64,000 nucleotides of DNA from NCBI GenBank assembly GCA_963734545.1, contig CAVTHO010000006.1, positions 64,001 to 128,000 of the forward strand, given 5' to 3'. The notes under the pieces were generated by a model. It was given only the letters and a program-made list of their open reading frames with translations. It was not told the origin of the DNA and did not search any database. The stretch comes from an uncultured Spirochaetota bacterium (GTDB lineage Bacteria > Spirochaetota > Spirochaetia > SZUA-6 > Fen-1364). The position numbers and the translations under genes were made by a program. Positions 61,982-64,000 of this stretch are shown here, in pieces. Numbering within the stretch: the first letter of the stretch is position 1; each line of letters begins with the position of its first letter.

Positions 61982-62902
61982 ATGAAAAATCCCAGGAAAA
62001 TCCGGAAGGTCTTCACGAGCAAACCAACGATCGAGGGTGCGGGTGTCCACCTGCGCCGGGCATTCGGGTTTGCCGAAACCCCTCTCTTCGATCCATTCCT
62101 GCTGCTGGACGACTTCCGCGGGGACGAACCGCAGCAATACATCAAGGGGTTCCCCTGGCATCCCCACCGGGGCATCGAGACCATCACCTACATGCTCAAT
62201 GGGAATGTCGAGCACGGGGACAGCATGGGAAACAAGGGTACCATCGGGCCGGGTGACACGCAGTGGATGACCGCCGGCAGTGGAATCATCCACCAGGAGA
62301 TGCCACGGGGGGATCCGGGAGGGATCATGGGGGGCTTCCAGCTCTGGGCCAATCTCCCCGCCTCTCACAAGATGATGGATCCCCGCTACCGGGACGTGAA
62401 AACCGGGCAGGTCCCCGAGGTCATGAGCGCTTCCGGCGTCCGTACAAGGATCATCTGCGGTCAGGTAGAAGGCCGGACAGGACCGGTGCAGGATGTCGTC
62501 ATCGACCCGGAATATCTCGATATCACCATTCCCGCGCATACCGACTACACGCACCCCACGCGCGCCGGCCACACCGTGTTCGCGTACGTCATCCAGGGAC
62601 GGGCGTGTTTCTGCGAGCAGAAGGTCCCGTTCAGCTACGACGCGGAGGGGGCGGGATGGTCCGACCTGCGGATAAGCCCCTGGGTGCAGAATACGAACCT
62701 TGCGCTCTTCGACGACGGCGATCACCTCGTTGTCTCCACGGAAGACGAGCCGGTGCGTTTCCTGCTGGTGGCCGGGAAGCCGATACGGGAGCCGGTGGCC
62801 TGGTACGGACCGATCGTCATGAACACGAGAGAGGAGCTGCGGATCGCGTTCGAGGAGTATTCAAACGGCACATTCATAAAGACGAGGAAGGAATCTCTTT
62901 GA
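61982..62902 (+). CDS. Pirin family protein
   Basis: DPFLLLD, GFPWHPHRGIETITY, QWMTAGSGIIHQE, FQLWANLP, YGPIVMNT. Confidence 0.96.
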   Translation: MKNPRKIRKVFTSKPTIEGAGVHLRRAFGFAETPLFDPFLLLDDFRGDEPQQYIKGFPWHPHRGIETITYMLNGNVEHGDSMGNKGTIGPGDTQWMTAGSGIIHQEMPRGDPGGIMGGFQLWANLPASHKMMDPRYRDVKTGQVPEVMSASGVRTRIICGQVEGRTGPVQDVVIDPEYLDITIPAHTDYTHPTRAGHTVFAYVIQGRACFCEQKVPFSYDAEGAGWSDLRISPWVQNTNLALFDDGDHLVVSTEDEPVRFLLVAGKPIREPVAWYGPIVMNTREELRIAFEEYSNGTFIKTRKESL

Positions 62903-62950
62903 CCCTGCGTTCCCCCTCTAGATAAATTGATTCCGTAGAGGGGGTACGCC

Positions 62951-64000
62951 ATGGCCCGGGACAATCCTTCAGTGTTCGACGATCTGCTTCGCGAGGAGCG
63001 CGAGTTTCCTCCGTCTCCCGCGTTTCGCGAGCGCGCGGTGGTCCGCGACCGTGGGATCTACGACTCTTCCGCAATGGACGCGGAGGCGTTCTGGGAGAGC
63101 GAGGCGAAGCTGCTGCACTGGTTCCAGCCCTGGACGAAGGTGCTGGAGTGGACCCCTCCCCACGCGCGGTGGTTCGTCGGGGGCACGACCAACATCAGCT
63201 ACAACTGCCTGGACCGGCACCTCCAGGGGCCGCGGCGGAACAAGGCGGCCCTCATCTGGGAGGGAGAGAACGGCGACATCCGCACCCTCACGTACCTGCA
63301 GCTCCACCGCGAGGTCTGCAAGATGGCCAACTGCCTGAAGGAGCTCGGCGTCACGAAAGGCGACAGGGTGGCGATCTACATGCCCCTGCTCCTGGAGACG
63401 GCGGTGTCCATGCTGGCGTGCGCGCGGATAGGCGCCATCCACAATGTGGTCTTCGGCGGGTTCTCTCCCGACGCGCTGGCAGACCGGATCAATGACTCGG
63501 GCTGCAAGGTGCTCATCACGGCGGACGGCGGCTGGCGGCGCGGCACCGTCGTGCCGCTGAAGCACAACGCCGACAGGGCCCTGGAAACCTGCCCGACCGT
63601 GGAGCACGTGATCATCGTCAAGCAGCTCCCCGGGGAGCCGCACCTCCTTCACATAACGGAAGGGAGGGACCGCTGGTACCATCGCATGATGGATCATCAG
63701 AAGGCGGACTGCCCCGCGGTGCCGGTGGACTCGGAGGACACGCTGTTCATCCTTTACACGTCCGGCACCACGGGAAAGCCGAAGGGGATCGTGCACGCGG
63801 CCGGCGGATACGCCGTGGGCGTTCATGCCACCGCCCGCACCGTATTCGACCTCCGGGACGAGGACACTTTCTGGTGCACGGCGGACGTGGGCTGGGTCAC
63901 CGGCCACAGCTACGTGGTGTACGGGCCGCTCCTGGCCGGGGCAACGGTGCTCCTCTACGAGGGGGCGCCTGATTTTCCGGAGAAGGACCGGTACTGGGAG
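62951..64000 (+). CDS. acs: Acetate--CoA ligase (3'-truncated by the window end)
   Basis: Read manually from ATG 62951: NCLDRH, AALIWEGE, MLACARIGAIHNVVFGGFS, LFILYTSGTTGKPKG, WCTADVGWVTGHSY. Confidence 0.95.
   Translation, partial: MARDNPSVFDDLLREEREFPPSPAFRERAVVRDRGIYDSSAMDAEAFWESEAKLLHWFQPWTKVLEWTPPHARWFVGGTTNISYNCLDRHLQGPRRNKAALIWEGENGDIRTLTYLQLHREVCKMANCLKELGVTKGDRVAIYMPLLLETAVSMLACARIGAIHNVVFGGFSPDALADRINDSGCKVLITADGGWRRGTVVPLKHNADRALETCPTVEHVIIVKQLPGEPHLLHITEGRDRWYHRMMDHQKADCPAVPVDSEDTLFILYTSGTTGKPKGIVHAAGGYAVGVHATARTVFDLRDEDTFWCTADVGWVTGHSYVVYGPLLAGATVLLYEGAPDFPEKDRYWE

Overview
A 64 kb, GC-rich stretch of bacterial chromosome. Gene content (LysM/lipoprotein pair, ComFB fusion, secreted FecR-domain protein, DUF4416) suggests a free-living Spirochaetia; this is an inference. 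It holds about 65 genes: a lower-GC accessory block at 1-7 kb, then leuS, two RNA methyltransferases, mtgA, a Ser/Thr kinase, msrA, dapL and ribA. Further on are a Crp/Fnr-controlled CoA-persulfide reductase/rhodanese module, a tandem glycine riboswitch with gcvT-H-PA-PB, a cytochrome c/membrane fusion, a mannan pair (AGE epimerase + GH130), an arabinan locus (GH43, araNPQ-like ABC, GH43, GH51, regulator), PPi-type PFK, a PduO/flavin-reductase pair, fabV-SDR-fabZ, pirin and a partial acs. I found no tRNA, rRNA, CRISPR array, transposase, integrase or recognisable defence system. Many genes between about 26.4 and 57.5 kb carry single-base frameshifts that look like sequencing errors. The most novel-looking signals are: (1) a family of short palindromic repeats that sits directly behind stop codons, forms tandem arrays and is also translated in frame inside three proteins; (2) twin GGA-loop hairpins inserted into the glycine riboswitch; (3) a highly structured leader ahead of the arabinan transporter; (4) an SDR with a large insertion between fabZ and fabV; (5) a c-type cytochrome fused to a His-rich membrane domain; (6) frequent leaderless promoter architecture. 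All product calls come from motif recognition only; no searches were run.
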